A stretch of 63,186 nt of DNA, the filler included, from Hyphochytrium catenoides (Eukaryota > Protista > Hyphochytriomycota), in NCBI GenBank assembly GCA_900088475.1. It is 9 parts of 9 records of this genome, joined end to end, with 100 filler letters (N's around TTAATTAATTAA, not from the genome) between each part and the next. Parts side by side here need not be neighbours in the genome. Positions count along the whole stretch, not along the records: positions 62,128 to 63,186 come from FLMG01003654.1; 8 more parts are not named here. One strand, 5' to 3'. The notes under the pieces are model-generated. The model did no database searches and was not told the origin of the DNA. It saw only the letters and a list, made by a program, of their open reading frames with translations. This document shows, in pieces, positions 62,028 through 63,186 of the stretch. How positions within the stretch are numbered: the first letter of the stretch is position 1; each line of letters begins with the position of its first letter. Position numbers and translations under genes: made by a program.

Positions 62028-62127
62028 NNNNNNNNNNNNNNNNNNNNNNNNNNNNNNNNNNNNNNNNNNNNTTAATTAATTAANNNNNNNNNNNNNNNNN
62101 NNNNNNNNNNNNNNNNNNNNNNNNNNN
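62028..62127. other. Artificial scaffold linker
   Basis: 44N-TTAATTAATTAA(62072-62083)-44N. Confidence 0.98.
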
Positions 62128-63186
62128 GAGCTATGAAGACCAGCGACTGGATTCGGTTCTGTGTAATATGGGGAAAAGCAGCCTTTCGGTACGATGAGAA
62201 GGATGGAGGACTATCAGAAGACGTCCGAGATGTTTGGAATCGATTTTGTGACTGCGTGACAGGGATAGTGGCCAGGACGACTAGCCGTGGTAGCGCCAAA
62301 GAGCTCCGGATAAAGGTGGTCCGGCTCATTGCTGACATAGAAAAGTGCTTTCCGCGTAGTGTTCAAACTATCATGCTGCACAAGCTCTCTCACCTGGCTG
62401 AGACCATCATTGCTTTTGGCCCAGTATTTTCTCTTTGGCTCTTTCCTTTTGAGCGATCCCTAAAGCCACTCACAAACCTCATTAACTCTACCAAGAACCC
62501 GGCGGCAGATGTGGCGGATGGTCTGCAGGTTATTGGAGCAAGTAGAGCTATCTGGCATCTCCACAGGGTAAAGTGCCTAGGAAATATGGACGGCCATGAT
62601 TTACATAGCGAGACGAACACCATTCTTCAGAAAAGCTGCTTCAAGGTGTGGGATCGGAAGTAGGCAAATGAAGTCTGCTTTAGAGGTGGCATCTCTTGTT
62701 AAGCTTGATGACCGGACTTAACAATTCCTTCTTTCTACGCTCTCTAGCACTGCTCTTGCTTCTGCAATAAGTTGACTCTTCACCCACTTGTAGGTCTTGG
62801 AGGCCTCAACGGAGATGTTTGACGACAGCTTCTCTCTGCTGGCAAATTCTCTCGGCACCGAGCTTCCAACTCATTACGACGGGCTTCCGACGTGCGAGAT
62901 TGACCTAGACACTGCCTTGCCCGAGCGACGGGGTGTCGCCAGCAGCCCCGCTGTTTATGGAGCATTGGGAGACCAGGACTTGGGAAAAGACAATCGGGTC
63001 TTGCAAGGAAATGGGGACGACGCAAAGCTCCAACACTGCCTAACATGCACCAACCATACCCTCTGTAATCTCATCGCGGTCGGTATTGCTAAGTGGCTAT
63101 ACATTAACTGTGAGGAGTACAAGGCACTATGGGATGCACACAGCAAGCGCATCTCCAATAGAAAGAGACTGACCACACTAACCAGA
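62128..63186 (+). mobile_element. CACTA/En-Spm-type transposase fragment (DUF4218-like region), probable intron 62646-62793
   Basis: MKTSDW...IEKCFPRSVQTIMLHKLSHLAETIIAFGPVFSLWLFPFERSLKPL contains the H-x3-H-L...GP-x4-W-x-FPFER motif of CACTA transposases. After GT(62646)..AG(62793) the frame stays open to the window end. Confidence 0.82.

Noticed and set aside
1778-62127. Recurrent TTAATTAATTAA flanked by N runs as a biological repeat
   Set aside because: It is an invariant 44N-12-44N six-frame-stop linker added during contig concatenation. Adjacency across linkers has no meaning.

Overview
Eukaryotic, intron-rich genomic DNA loaded with (CT)n/(GA)n microsatellites. The gene content suggests a protist, possibly a stramenopile, but the taxon is inference only. 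The window is not contiguous. Eight artificial 100-nt linkers (44 N + TTAATTAATTAA + 44 N) join nine scaffolds: 1-1777, 1878-11500, 11601-13666, 13767-21597, 21698-53074, 53175-57445, 57546-59560, 59661-62027 and 62128-63186. Splicing GT-AG exons by hand gives: a partial CCR4/Angel-type EEP nuclease, the PP4 catalytic subunit, a Cys-rich type I membrane protein, a HELQ/POLQ-type helicase, a legume-lectin-fold protein, a CHTOP/FoP-like RGG protein, TRMT11, a complete 18-exon SepSecS, a 10-finger WRKY19-like zinc-finger protein, two convergent TM-JmjC(HxH)-TPR paralogs, an M14 carboxypeptidase, a partial homocysteine S-methyltransferase and a CACTA-type transposase. Several pseudogene relics are also present. 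Most ORF-track entries are microsatellite artefacts. The best leads are the convergent pair of membrane-anchored JMJD8-like JmjC-TPR proteins, introns with complementary 5'(GA)n/3'(CT)n arms, a stop-free in-frame PP4 intron, and an apparent CAG>TAG decay signature in dead sequence.
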